This document shows positions 1-13,300 of a DNA stretch of 64,000 bases, piece after piece. Source of the stretch: Trichosphaerium sp. ATCC 40318 (Eukaryota; Protista; Tubulinea); NCBI GenBank assembly GCA_038496445.1, contig JALMLS010000556.1, positions 124,001 to 188,000 on the forward strand, in the 5' to 3' direction. A program made the translations under genes and the position numbers. A model generated the notes under the pieces. That model had not been told where the DNA came from. It saw only the letters and a list, made by a program, of their open reading frames with translations, and made no database searches. The number at the start of each line of letters is the position of its first letter. The stretch's first letter is position 1.

Positions 1-3000
1 TGCTTGTTGTAATGCAACTTTCATTAGATGTATAGCTTGTGAGACATCACCAGGCTCTACGATATTAGATAATCGCATACGTGCCAATCCCTACCACACG
101 TCAATACGTTGTACCATTGAGAAAGAAGAAAAGCGCCAAAGCTGCTCCAAAATTAAGGGAAAAAAGTTGCTTTTAGCTCTTAAGCGGCGACAGCAGTTTA
201 TTACTAAATATCGCTTCATGAACAGCACAAATGTGGTTTTTTGTATTGTATGTACTACGTTGAGGAGTTTTTATGTTTAAAAATATGACAGCAATAGCAG
301 TAACATCAAAAATCGAAAATCGTTTCACATTTTTTTTAGAAGCTATAAAAACACGGACCTCAGCGATACGAATAAGCGATTCAAGCTGCCTTGGTGTAGC
401 AGAGATCGTTCTTCTAGATGTGCCCATTTGCCTCATAGATACATAACCCTGAACCAACGCCTCAGCGCTCTCATCTGTAATCTCAGGCTGACAGTTCGCT
501 TTAGCGTATGAGATATAATCCGTTAATTCTTCAACGGAAAGTGTAGGCAATTCAGATCCATCTTCAACGGCTTTATCCCTCTCATCATCTTCAAAATATA
601 GAGATACCTAAGTACACCAAAGTCATTAAAACAATCAAGTAACACTTATAGAAATAAACGCAAACCTTTCAAAAAAAGAAGAGAATAAAAAACTAAAGAA
701 AAAACCGGACGACACATAACATTGTCACAAGCGATTCTGTCAACAAAAGGACTCGAGTAGTTTAACTACTTGATTGTAATTTGCATTTTAAAATGCTTTC
801 GTAATGAGCATAAAGTAGTATCTTTACCACATTCGCCACAACAAAGACAAACTTTTAAGTGTGAAATTGAAAAAAAAAAAACCAGAAAAACAAATAAAAA
901 CGTACAAGATGCTCAGCAAGTCTTCTATCATTTTGTGTATCAGGTTTATCAAGTATTAAATATACCAAATCAAAACGACTTAACAACGTAGGCGGCAACT
1001 AAGACAAATAAAATCAGCACAATTCCAGAAGTACAAAACATAAAAAAAACCCAATTCGTATGATTAACTTTCCAAAAACAAAAAGTCACTATAAGACGTA
1101 CGCGAATATTGTCCACAACTGACATGTTAGGGTTATACTTACTCTCTACAGGGTTGGCAGATGCTAGTACAGAAGTACGTGCATTAAGAGAGCAAATAAT
1201 ACCAGCTTTTGCTACTGAGATTGTCTGCTGTTCCATAGCTTCATGAAGAATAGATCTTGTCTTATCAGACATTTTATCAAACTCATCGATACAGCATACA
1301 CCCTTATCAGAGAGAACGAGTGCTCCTGATTCTAAAACCGCCTCTGATGTATCAGGATCTTTTGTAACATATGCAGTCAAACCAACAGCAGTAGATCCTG
1401 AATGAGGTTAACATCGGATTTGAAAAAACCACCACAAACCAAAAAAGAGCTTACCTTTTCCTGAGGTGTAAATACCCCTAGGTGCGATTTTTTGAACGTA
1501 TTGAAGTATCTGGGATTTGGATGTACCCGGATCACCACAAAGAAGGATATTAATCTCTGGTCTGAATCGACCAGCACCAGATTCTGAAAATTTTTTATTA
1601 GTGCCTCCGAAAAGTTGGCATAAAATTCCTTTCTTGATATCAGTCAGTTGCCAAATACTCGGTGCTAAACAAGTATAAGAAAACAAATATTGAAAGGTTA
1701 AATACTAGGCGTTGAAGTAGAAAAAAGGAGATCACGTGCCGAAAGACTTGACGAGAATATCAACAATTTCAGGATGTTTTGAAAGTTCAATGCATCGTGC
1801 TTCTTTTCTTGCTTCATCATCTTCAACTACGTTTGTCTCAACATAGGACTGGCTTTGGTATTGGTCTTGTTGTTCAACACCGATACGGTTTTGGTCAGTT
1901 AATTGAAAGTGAATAACGTCAAGAACTTGGGTAAGTCAAGGAGAAAACAATAAAAAAAGTTGATACATTACATAAAAAAAAGAAACACAGGATACACGTT
2001 TTGTAGACTTGTTTGATGTTTCGTCTCTTTGAGTTTACACGGATAGGATGAGCTCTGAATATACCCGTGATTTGTACTTTATCACCAGGTCGTGCTACAT
2101 CAACAAGACTAGATATTAAGTAAGATAATGATTACTCCTGAAATAAAATTCTCCAAAAAAACCAAAACTGATCTAGTACCTGTCGTGAACACATAGTTGT
2201 ACTGTATGAGGTGTAGCACCTTCAGGTATTGCATCAGGTGTTTCTTGAAGCTTTATCATTTGTTTATCAGCATACTCGCACCTAGAATTTAATAAGAAAT
2301 CAACAAACTACCTCGACAAGAAAAAGGAACGGCAAGCAGCATGTAAGCGAAACTATCTACACTACGGCACGAAAAATCGCTTGAAATTATGTAAAATAAC
2401 TATAAAAGAAGTGCTCTTTGCAATTTGATAAAAGGAGAGTTACACATACCTGTTATGAATGAGTACACTTGAATTCCTTGACCGACAATGTTTACAATAA
2501 GTAGGCTCCTCTATACGCCCCATACGAACTTGTTTTGATTCAACAGCCTTGCATATCATACACTGGAAGCATCCCTTTATAAGAAATAAATAAATAATTC
2601 GAATACCAGGACTTATAAGTCAATAAAACAAAAGAACAAAAAAAGAACAACTGTAATTTTTCGAAAAAAGTTTTTACCTTTTTCATGTCCGGAATGACAC
2701 CACTAGTTCTAATTATCATGCCCTTAATAGCAACAAGCTTATCTATATCAGATGGATCAAGAAGACGCATAGGAACAATATCATTAAGATTGTAGACTCT
2801 GAGAAAGAAGTTAGCGCCAAAATTGTTTTCTTGTAAAAAAATACACTTTATTAATAAAAAAAAAAAGAACAGTTGAAGCTTGCTTGCCTGACTTGAATAC
2901 AATTATCATGCATGTCAGCATTGTATTTCTCTACGTATATCATGGTGGCAACCATATCAAGTAATGGGATGATCTTAAACAAGAGTCAGAAGCGAAAACG

Positions 3001-3698
3001 GACCGATTGAAGAAAGATGTTTTCTTCATTATAGTTTAACTGTCGGTGCGTTGTGGTCTTCGTTGCGTGTAATATTACGCACCTCTTGAGGATAGTTAAC
3101 CAAATCGTTGTACCATTTTGTAGATTGGTGAATGTGAGCTGCATCTACATTTAATATGTACGTCTCTGTCTCGTGCATCTATTCGAGAACGGTTAATTCA
3201 GTAAACAACGTTTAAAAAGTTTTTGTAAAATCAACGTGTATTTGAACGTAAAACGCGCTTATGAGCGAATACTCGTATTTTTTAACGTACTTGGTCCAAT
3301 ACGCTCATGTAAAAAGGCTCAATGTCAGCCTCCCGCGTAAATGTTTCCAAAAATCGTTTGATACGCATTTTCGTCTCATTGAAGTCTACGGTTGTACCCC
3401 AGATGTAAGTTTTTTGTACATCATCTTCTTGTTGGAAATCAAAAGAAGCAGGTTCTACAGACGCTGTAGGTTCGACTTGCATAGCGTCAGGTGGATTTTG
3501 ATGCCTTCTGTGTAAATTTGCAAACTCGCCGCGAATAAGCGCGTCAGTAGGCATCAAATCGTCTATATCGCCGAATTCTGTGTCTAGCCCTAACGGCTCT
3601 GAACTTGGTGCGTCGTCATTGTCGGAATCATCGTCAGAAGAGTCACCACCACCCACGTTAGACTCAAGGAGCGCTAATTCGAGTTCAAAATCGTCCAT
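1..3698 (-). CDS. MCM4: DNA replication licensing factor MCM4 (multi-exon, 3' end runs off the window)
   Basis: Spliced exons give [17 protein letters not shown] (Walker A), CCIDEFDKM (Walker B), [11 protein letters not shown] (Arg finger), a CxxC..CxxC zinc finger, [16 protein letters not shown] and [14 protein letters not shown]. The N-terminal IWGT motif is typical of MCM4. Confidence 0.95.
1926..1995 (-). other. U12-type (minor spliceosome) GT-AG intron in MCM4
   Basis: Donor GTATCCTG and branch site TCTCCTTGAC lying just upstream of a CAAG acceptor. Removal restores VYKT-F-LDVIHF. Confidence 0.85.
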
Positions 3699-3738
3699 AC
3701 GCCGACTAGCTAAAAGTAATTTTCAAAATTAACTTTTA

Positions 3739-3747
3739 TTGGCGGGA
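3739..3747. promoter_or_regulatory. E2F-like site upstream of MCM4
   Basis: TTGGCGGGA (TCCCGCCAA on the minus strand) about 40 bp upstream of the MCM4 ATG. MCM genes are established E2F targets. Confidence 0.5.
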
Positions 3748-4040
3748 TAATTTTTGTAAGTCGTGGCTTTTCTAAACGAGTTTTCAACCCACTGGTTGCT
3801 TGTACTCGCATTAAAACGCTGCAGTCATTCTTTATGCGTCAGGCAGGGAATGGCTAATCATCACGTGTTCCAAAAAAGTTATATTGTAAGGTATACAAGG
3901 TGGTATGGGAGCGAGTTTGGTTGTAAACCTCTACCTCACATCTATTTACCGTTTTTTATGCGCATTTTTTCCTCAGTTGTATTTTCGTCAGGCTTGTTCC
4001 AATTCTTCTTTTTTGTACTTCAAAATTAGACCTACAGAGC

Positions 4041-5097
4041 ATGTCAATCGACGACGTATTTGTTCCTTTTATTAACCTGGCCAGTATTGCGCTGCCAGCG
4101 TTAATTGTCACATACACATACATTGCTCTGCCAATCGAATATATCTTTACCTTGCACCCTGTATTGATGTCATTGGGATATCTCTTCCTATTTGTTCAAG
4201 GCGTTTTATTATTGGCTGGGAAGAAGTTCTTTCTAGATTACGTCGTTCCATCTCCTAAAAGAAAGGTTAAAGTGACCTTGCACGTTTTGTTTCAAGTCGT
4301 CGCCCAATTGTTCATTCTATTTGGCTTCTTTGCTATATACATTAATAAAGGCACGTATCGTATTTTCTTAGTGATAGTGAGAACAATGGGATAGTTTTTA
4401 ACGTTGCGATTAGAAAACGCAAGCAAACAACATTTTACTACCTGGCACGCGTGGTTTGGTGTATCTTCTCTCGTTCTAAGCGTCGCACAGGTTCGTTAAA
4501 GCTACATTTAAATCAAAACAACTAAAAAGCGCTGAAACAGTGCTATTAATGCCTAAATAACATGTGGATATGGTAAAACAATATTTATAAACCGAGTAGG
4601 GCATTATTGGGATGTATCTTTACATGCCAAAATGGTTTTGCTGTATAACTATGAAAAAACTAACAGTTAAGAAGTTTCATAGATCCTCAGGCCTTTTTAC
4701 GTACGTTCACAATTGCAACGTGTTTAGAATGAAATTTTTTTTTTTTTTCAATTTAAACCTCTTCAAACGTAAGGCATTAATGTTTCTATGCGTACCACAT
4801 AAAAATTAACAAAAAATATCGTATCACAACTACGCGAAATGAAAAACAAAAAAAAATCAAGAAAAAAAAATCTCACTCGTTCTTTTTTTTTGTAGATTGG
4901 CTCTCGCTTTCATTACAATCCTTATCGCACTCTTCTCTAAGTTTGTAATGCAAAATTTCCCACGTTGGTTATTCGTTACAGAGTATTGTTGTATATCTAT
5001 TATGGGTGTACTTATCATTGGTTATGGACTACGATTCCAGTTTTCAGAGTATTTTACTAGTCCCTTTGCTTCAAAAAAAACAGCATCAACAGTGTAA
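4041..5097 (+). CDS. Cytochrome b561 domain-containing membrane protein (4 exons)
   Basis: Motifs FTLHPVLMSLG, LHVLFQ, KQHFTTWHAWFG and KKFHRSSG supply the four heme-ligating His residues of the b561 family. Multiple TM helices. Confidence 0.85.
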
Positions 5098-5161
5098 TTA
5101 AAGACAAAATAAATTAAAAAAAATACAAAGGTATTGTTGACTAGTTCATTTTATGTTTCAT

Positions 5162-5471
5162 CTAAAGAGCTGGATTAGGCTTTAGTACTATTTCACAAAA
5201 GTACATTTTCTGTTGTGGGTAATCATTTGGTGTAATTTCGCCAAAGGTGAAACTGTGGCTTGTAAGGTCTACGTGAAGGAAACTTAAGTAGTTGGCGAGA
5301 GTTTCAGTTTCAACACGTTTTTTGTGCACATGTTTGCATCTACTTTATTTTAGCTTGTTGTAATGAGATGGCTGCTTGTTTTAGCGTCAGGTACATCGTA
5401 TAAAGTCGGCGTAAGAATTGTGTTAAATAATCATCAAAATAGAGTTTTGACGTTTGTATCGTAAGTGGCAT
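5162..5471 (-). CDS. Possible small two-exon hypothetical protein (~85 aa)
   Basis: ATG at 5471 and an intron gtacct...aagtag join MPLTIQTSKLYFDDYLTQFLRRLYTI to CKHVHKKRVETETLANYLSF... in frame. No homology recognised. Confidence 0.3.
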
Positions 5472-5807
5472 TTAGGTAAAGGAGTTTTTGCTCCAGTGCA
5501 AGCGTAGGTTTTCGAAAGAACGCATAGAGCTTGTTTGGAAGACAAACTACTGGCAATGAAATTACTAATCAGTCATGACAATAACCTCGACCTTAAAGAA
5601 ACAATAGTTACGACTGACGTATTCATAGCGGGCAAAATCAAGCGTCAAGATGGATTAGCGGAAGAAAGGAAAATACAATTTGTGTTCGTTTTTTTTTATG
5701 GGTATGTTACAGGTTTTTTTATTGGACTATGATTACACTTTTATACATTTTTGATTGGTTATGGTTTTTGGGTTTTTTTTGTGGTTTTGTTGTTTGTTGA
5801 CGACATA

Positions 5808-6455
5808 TTATTCCGTCAGACATATTGAGCTAATATACTGCGTGTATTTATCATGTACTTCCTCTGGAAACATAGATATAGGCGGTAGAGGTCCATGTTG
5901 TACAATCATATCGCAAGCTGCTTGAAAAGTTTCGGGCGGTACAAAGTCCAACGCTATATCTCCTTCTCCTCCACAGCCGGCTTTTACCATATAATCAGCG
6001 AGAGCGAAGCGTAAAAGTGTTGCAATATGTAGAGCTTTGTCTGTACTTAGAATACCCCAAGACGCGTGTTTGTTTAAGAAAACAGGGTCTTTGCAAGATA
6101 CACTCTCGGTGTCGGTGTTTTTGTTATTTTGGAAAACAATGTCGTCATTTTGTTGCTTTTTCTTTTTTTTAGCTCCTGGTATTACTGTACAGCTCCGACA
6201 ACGCGGTAAACCTGCTAGAGATCCTAACGAATCTGTTGTGCTACTTCTCATGTACTTTGGAAGAGAGTTAATTGTAACACAACGATTGTTTGACTCTGTC
6301 TTTGCTTTGTTCTTTCTTCTTATCTTTACTTTACCATGTTGTAGTGTAAGAAACCATAGTTTACGTTTTATTGATTTTAGCATAAGCTGCGAAGGTATTA
6401 GAATATTTAATAAAGTTGATTTTGAAGTTGATGCTATAAAAAAAGTTGGTGACAT
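5808..6455 (-). CDS. Hypothetical protein, member of the 'GPxP' paralog family (intronless)
   Basis: 215-aa ORF whose C-terminal domain aligns by eye with ORFs at 51393, 52462 and 53142. Confidence 0.7.
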   Translation of the reverse strand: MSPTFFIASTSKSTLLNILIPSQLMLKSIKRKLWFLTLQHGKVKIRRKNKAKTESNNRCVTINSLPKYMRSSTTDSLGSLAGLPRCRSCTVIPGAKKKKKQQNDDIVFQNNKNTDTESVSCKDPVFLNKHASWGILSTDKALHIATLLRFALADYMVKAGCGGEGDIALDFVPPETFQAACDMIVQHGPLPPISMFPEEVHDKYTQYISSICLTE

Positions 6456-7396
6456 GTGACGACATACACAAATTTGCTATTTTAGGAAAGTGCGCGTTAT
6501 TTTCCTCATCTCCTCTTCTGTGATGTGTTTGCTGTATTAGGATATCTAGTCACCTATAATCTTGTGTACGTGATACTTGGATAAAAGTCAAACAGAATGG
6601 TTGTCTAAAAAAAGGTTTGCCAACAAGTGTTGGTCACGACCCTCGTATTATACTGAGGTTTCTGTATTTGCACATCTCCTGAAATTTTATGTGCTATGTA
6701 ATGTACTTGAGTTTTTTTATTAGGAGTAGAACACGAATATCAACTTACACGGAGTGTTTTTGAGTAGTTTAGTTTTTTTGCCGACACTCCGGTTTTAGAT
6801 GATGTTTTAGTGTTGACATCAACAATACTGTTGATTACGATTAATGACACAGACACAAATGAGCTCATACATAAAACCAAAAAAGACGCTGAAAAAAACA
6901 GTTGCAAATAATAACTCCCAAGTAGGTGCAATTCCAGTTTACAACGAACAAATATTATGAGCGTATGATACAGCCCAAATATGAGTACAAGTATTGTAGA
7001 AATTTCATTCCGTACTGTGACCTAGAGTCTGACTATAAGTGCCTGTGTTACTAACGTCAGACCTTCGAGAGTTTCACATTCAATAGTACACACTGGTATG
7101 TTTAGCTCCTTTTGTAAACAAACCTACGTAATGCAATGGTGTGAATTTAAAGGTGAGTATTAACATAACCCTGTCGACTTGAAGATTAAACTCAGGTCAA
7201 AAAAAACTTAGGAACAAACAAATACAATTTTTTTTAATACAATTTCGTGATGTACAAGTGATGTACTTGTATTTACGATCTTCTAGATCCAAGTACACAA
7301 AGTTATTTACAAGAAAAACCGTTGGCTATTGTGGTTGATTTAACCACATACAGATTTTTGTTTTTATCCTTCGAATAGAAAGGTAGAAAAACGTTA

Positions 7397-10300
7397 TCAA
7401 GAGCGAGATTTTGTCTTTTTCTTATGACCACCAAAAAATTTCTTTAAAGACATCGTAGATGGCTTTGCTGGCATTTGAACAACTTGAGCCTTTACAGGAG
7501 GTGGAGGAACTACAGATCTCGTTTTAGATAGCTTAGGCTTTGCAACACGCATAGCTTTAGCGAGATACTACAAGAAAAATGTAAGAAAGAGAAAACGTAA
7601 GTAGGCTTTTGTACCTTTACAATATCTGCGTGTTGTAAGCCCACAGCCATCTTCAATGGTGTCTGACCGGCTTCATTCAATGCATTTAATGACGCACCAG
7701 CGTTGACAAGTATCTTCAAGTAAGTGTTAATGAAGATAAGTCTTAGAAAAATAAAAAGTTGTGTTTTTCTAGAGGTTTGTTTTCTCTTTTTCTCGTACCT
7801 TTATCAACGAATTACGTTTAAAATATACAGCAAGATGCAAAGAAGTATACTCTTTATGTGTGGTAGCTATATCGGGATCACATCCGTTTTCAAGAAGTAG
7901 TGATACAACCTTCTTTTGCGTTCTTTTAGACAAGTCTCTTGCACTTACTGCTATGTGAAGTGCCGTATAACCTAGCAAATAAGTGTTAATCATATACCCT
8001 CAAGTAAAACTCCTTAGGCCTCATAAAAAGGGTTTATCTCAAAGCGAACCAGTTTAGAAGTTTAGAAAGTAGTTTGTAAAATTTGAAAAAACTGGTCTAT
8101 AAATCCTGTATCGCACGTGCCTTTAATATTGTAGTTCCTAGAGTTCGGTCTTGCTTTAAACTTTAATAATTCTACAACACAAGGGTAATAACATCTTGCA
8201 CAAGCACCATGTAACGGCTTCCAACCACCCTATACTTTGTCAAAATACAGCTCAAAGAGAAAAAAGTGAGTTGGCTAAAAACTTACAGGATGACCCAAAT
8301 TTGGGTTTGCACGTTTCTGCAACAAGTACGCTACAATATCGTGGTATCCTTGAGCAGAGGCATGGTATAAAGGTGTCGTTTCATCTGCAGCCATTTGATT
8401 TATAGAGCATCCAAAATCAACCAAAGCTCTTAAAACGATTAATAAGAAAATCATCATAAGACGAAGCACTAAATACGCACTTGACAACGTTTAAGTGGCC
8501 ACTACTGGCGGCTGTATGAAGCGGCCCAAACCCAGTACTATCCACTCTCTTATTAGCATCAATTCCAGTGACGAGTATCTTCATAACAGTAGATAACTCC
8601 CCATCACAACAAGCTTGGTGAAGTGGACTCAAAGGCTAAAGAAAACAAAATCAGATACGTATGTCTAAATATCAACAAAAATCGTACTGCAGAGTGTGCC
8701 TCTGAACGCTTTGTAGCGCCTCTAGTTGTTGCAGGTTCCTTGTGTAATACATCCTTAGTTTCTTCATAGTTGGAAGTCAACATAAGTTTTTTGATGACCA
8801 CAGGTTCAACGAAAGATTGTCTTGCTTTCTTTCTCCTTCTAGCACTCTCTTGAATAGTATCAACATCAGGCTGACCCATAGAAGAAGAGCTACTAGCTTG
8901 AGAGTTCGAACGATTCAGCTTCTTTTTACTCTCGATACTATCAGCATCTAAGTTTTTGATAGCAGTGATTGCTTCTCTGACTTTCGCAGAGTTGAGTCTA
9001 CTCGCATTAAGCACTTCATGAGCATCTGGTATATCAGCTCCTGGTCCTTTAGAAGCTTCAACCTTAAGCTCTTTCTCTAATTTCAACTCTTGATCGAGGT
9101 ATCGTTCCATAGAGTTCAGTTGAGCTTCATTGTCCTGTAAGGTATCTCTGATTTCATTAGCATAAGTCATTGTAATCCTCGACTGATCTTTTGCTACTAC
9201 AGCTACAGAGTCACTATAGTTACCAGTAGATGGCATCATAGACTTGCTTCTCCATGGTCTTGGCATTGGGCTCGATCGTTGTAGTTTTAGGCGTATGATA
9301 GACGGCTTAGGTTTCTTGACTGGTTCGACAGGCTCCTCTTCCTTTTTCTCTTGAGGAATAGGCTTTGTTTCAACCTTTGGCATAGCAACTTTTGTTTGCT
9401 TCTTACCAAAGAAAGGAAGAGAATCAGTTTCCTTTAGCATCAAAGGTAAAGGTTTCTTTGGTTGCTTCTTAGGTTTCTTCTTAGGTTCTTCTTTAGCAAC
9501 TTCAAGAGGCAGTACAGCTGTGCTATCGGTTGTGAATGATGTTTCAGTTGTACCATCATCAAGAACTTGGAGTGTTTTCTTCGTTGCTAAAGGTTCCTTT
9601 TCAGTTACAGTTGACATTGAGCTTAGTTCTGTATCTCTGCTATCAAGTGTACCAAGAGCTGCTTTGAGTTTCTCTACGGGATCCATCTTAGACTTCATTT
9701 TAGGTACAGGTGGATCATCAGGGAAATCAATAGTTGTATCTTCTTCGTGTTTTATTTCAACAACAGAAAGAAGCTTTGGTGGTTCACTAAGAGTACGTCT
9801 ATTGCTCCTAGATCGGGTATCGCTTTGTGTAGAGAACGAACCTACCCTGTGATGTAGATTAAGGTCTACTTCAGGCTTAGATTTTGCTCGAAGTCGACGC
9901 TTTCGTGATACACCCAAAAAATTATCAGGATCTGGAATATTTAAAATATCTATCTTTACATCGGATAAGTCGTCCTCAGAGACACCTGTGAGATTCGATT
10001 TGCTGTCTATAGACTTTGGTTTAATTCTTGATTTTCCTTTAGTGCTCTTACGACGAGAACTCTTTAATAAAACATTAGACGAGTGAATTAGCACGTGATA
10101 AAATCGATCAATGAAGTTTTCTTTTTTCTGTACCTTTCGTTTCTTTGCTTTGTCACCACTATCCTTTCTTGCTCTACGACTTGATTTTCGTTTCTTTGAT
10201 TTTACTTCCAAGATTACCTTCTTTGCATCTTGGCGAGGTGCCATAGTGCTCCGAGAAGAAGAGCTTTTGTTTACTCTCTATAAACAAAAAGTTAGCCAAA

Positions 10301-13300
10301 TTCGAAAAACAAAAAAAAAATGGTTTACTCTTTGGAGGCTCATAACAGGAGTGTTCTCTATATTTGGATTGATATCGAGTTTACTCTCAGGTTCAAGGAT
10401 GCTTTCAAGACGACGAATGTTTTTACTTTCTCTAATGCGAGCCTTAAGCGCATAACTAGCTATTTCTAAGCTTGCAACCTAAAGGTCAAGTTAACTTTAT
10501 AACTTGAGAATATTCAAAAAAAAAAAAAGGTGTACCCTCAAATGACCTTCGAGAAGACCTCCCTCATCTACACCTACTTCATCAATGCGATCTATATCCT
10601 TCATTTTTCTCAAAGAAGAAGTTCTATTCGCCTTTGGCATTATTGTATCTAATACATGAACTGTCGAACGAGAGCTTGAAGAGTTTGCGCTACTGCTGCG
10701 GCTTCTAGCGCTTTTTGGTGGTTTCCAACCTGTCTGTAATTCGTCCACAGCGACATTGTGATCCGTAATAGAAGCCTTCGTACCAGCCACAACTATAATG
10801 CTTGTGCTTTTTGTAAGCCTAGCTGAACGTCCAGGAGTATCCTGCATACTCAATGGAGCTGGTTTACGTAAAGGAGCAACAAAATCTGTTTCCTCCTCTT
10901 CTTCCTCACCAGTAGGAGATGGTGTCTTGTTATCTTCCAAAGCATCAAGAGTAAATCTACCAGGTTTTACAGCCATTGAGCGTTCAGATACTGTATCTCC
11001 AGTAGCAAGAATACTTGCATTTGGCTACAAGCAAGAGGTGAGAATCATAACTTTCGAACAACTAATTCGTACCTTAGCATCTGATAAGTCGGCACGTGAG
11101 GCATTTGAGCGCGTTGTAGAGCATCTACCCGTGTCCACAGCGATGTCATCGTCCCTCAAAAACACAGCAATACCTACGTTTTCGAGAAGTGCTGAAGTGT
11201 GGCTATGCAGCTTTAAAGTGTCTTTGTGCGCACTGCTGCGTTCGGACTCTGTTCTTTCTGAGTCCGTGTCACTAAGAGATAAATCATGTGATGTTGATTC
11301 ATCTTCTTCGAGATCGGATGTATTCCCAAAGGAGTATGCAGAGTCATAACCACTTGAAGCTGAAGGCATACATGCATTGCTGATTGATGAAGCAAAGTGA
11401 TTGATACTTGGTACAACTTTAGTAACAAGTTTCTTTTCAGGTGAATCTGGAGCGATTGAACTAGTCTAAAAAGAAACATTAAGGCAAGAATATAATAAAG
11501 TCGATCATTTCGTACTATTGCGTTCGGTGTATCCAAATGTTCGACATCCATAGCCCCTTTGCTTGTAATACGCATATCTATATCATCTTCATTAAGTACA
11601 GTAGACAATCCTTTGGGTGAGTCACTTCCTATATCAACTGCACTGTCTTTGCGTGTTGATATTGATAGTTCTCCCATATTCTCATCAGCAAGCTCAAACT
11701 GAAGAGCTCCTTCAGGTTCATGACCATTGTTACCATCAGACTTACTCGAACTACGCTCAGATGTTCGACCTGCGTCTACAGCAACATCATCATCTAAGAC
11801 AATTGCCAACGCATTAGCAGCACGAGAAATTCGTGTATCATCGCAATCATTAACAGAGTCATTACTTGAGCTACTGTCCGAATCGCTGGAGTAATCAAGT
11901 GTTTCATTGTCTCGTTTTTCATCTCTTCGTGAACCATCAATTTTAGCTGCATTAACGGATGCATCATGATCAAGAACCAAACAACTCAAGCCTCCTTGAC
12001 TATGGTTATTAAATGGAGCAATGTGTGCAACATGGTCTTCAAGAACATCAGCATACTGATTGTCTTCTGAGCTTTGGTTACGCTCAGTCTCTTGTGGACC
12101 TTCAATTTGTTCCGTATCTACAGCGACTTGAGGGGCAAGGACATCAACACCCAAGTCCTCATGTTCAGCATCTTCAAAAGGTTCAATGTTTGGTGTATGA
12201 AAACTCTCATCTAAATCATCTTGTGACTCATCAGAGCTTTGCTCCCTGTCAGTTTCTTGGGAGCTCTCACTATCCGCTGCATCGGCGGCAATGTCACTAC
12301 CAATTTCCTGCGCATGCACTATTGCGTTTTCACTCAACTTTGAAACGTGAAGAATGTGACCGTCATGTATGGCATCTGCTTTGTCATGCTGCAAATCATT
12401 ACCAGTATCATCGCGCTGGCTTTCACTCTCTTCATCGCGCCCAGTGTCCGTTACAGTATCATTTTCCAAAACATAAGCGCATGGCGTCAATAATGACTTG
12501 CTATAAAGTAAAAGTTTATATCTGCCGTCATGGCTGCGCGACTTGTCTTCAACCTAAAGTTACTTTAGAATAAAAACATATTGATCAAGGCGTACTTTTT
12601 CATCATCGTCACTACTACTATCAGTACTGTAATCGTCTTCATAACTTGAAGCTTGTTGTAGAACACTATTAACAGTAGCCATAGATTCAGAATCACTAGA
12701 AGTTGATACTGTGTAGGAATCATTTGACGCTGAGCTATATCTTGATGGGCTCAAAGTATCCAAATGATCCTCTGTGTGAATACTTTGTAGGTTTTCCACA
12801 TCACCTTCACTTTCATCATCCTTAAAAGACTTTAAGAATGATTAATTCAAGAAATGAGGTACCTCAAGCTTCTCAAGGCTTTCATTTTCAGCAAGTTCGG
12901 ACTTTGTATATAAACTGTCTTCGTCAGAAGCCTGTGACATATTTTCTGAAGCCTCCTCGCTTGACTCAGAAGCATTATCGTATTCATCTACCTTCTTCGC
13001 TAACTGTTGATCTAGACTAATATCACTATCGTCACTATATACACTACGACTTGTATAGGAGTACTATAAGGCAAGAATTAGAAACAAAGTTCTTTAAAAG
13101 CGGTAAAACAACAATAAAAAAACCTATTACCTCACTGCTGTACTCAGAAGCTTCATCAAAATCTGATTGATTATTGTCATCGTCATTAATAACAATAGTG
13201 TTAATAGGAGATCCATCTTCACTCTCATTGGATTGTTCCAGATGCTCTCCGTCTCGTGATTCTTCAGCAGAAATACCAGTCTCCCTATCTTCACTATTCT

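Noticed and set aside
3861-3868. CACGTG E-box motifs here and in several intergenic regions
   Set aside because: The motif also occurs in introns and overlaps the splice-donor consensus. Enrichment cannot be shown by eye.
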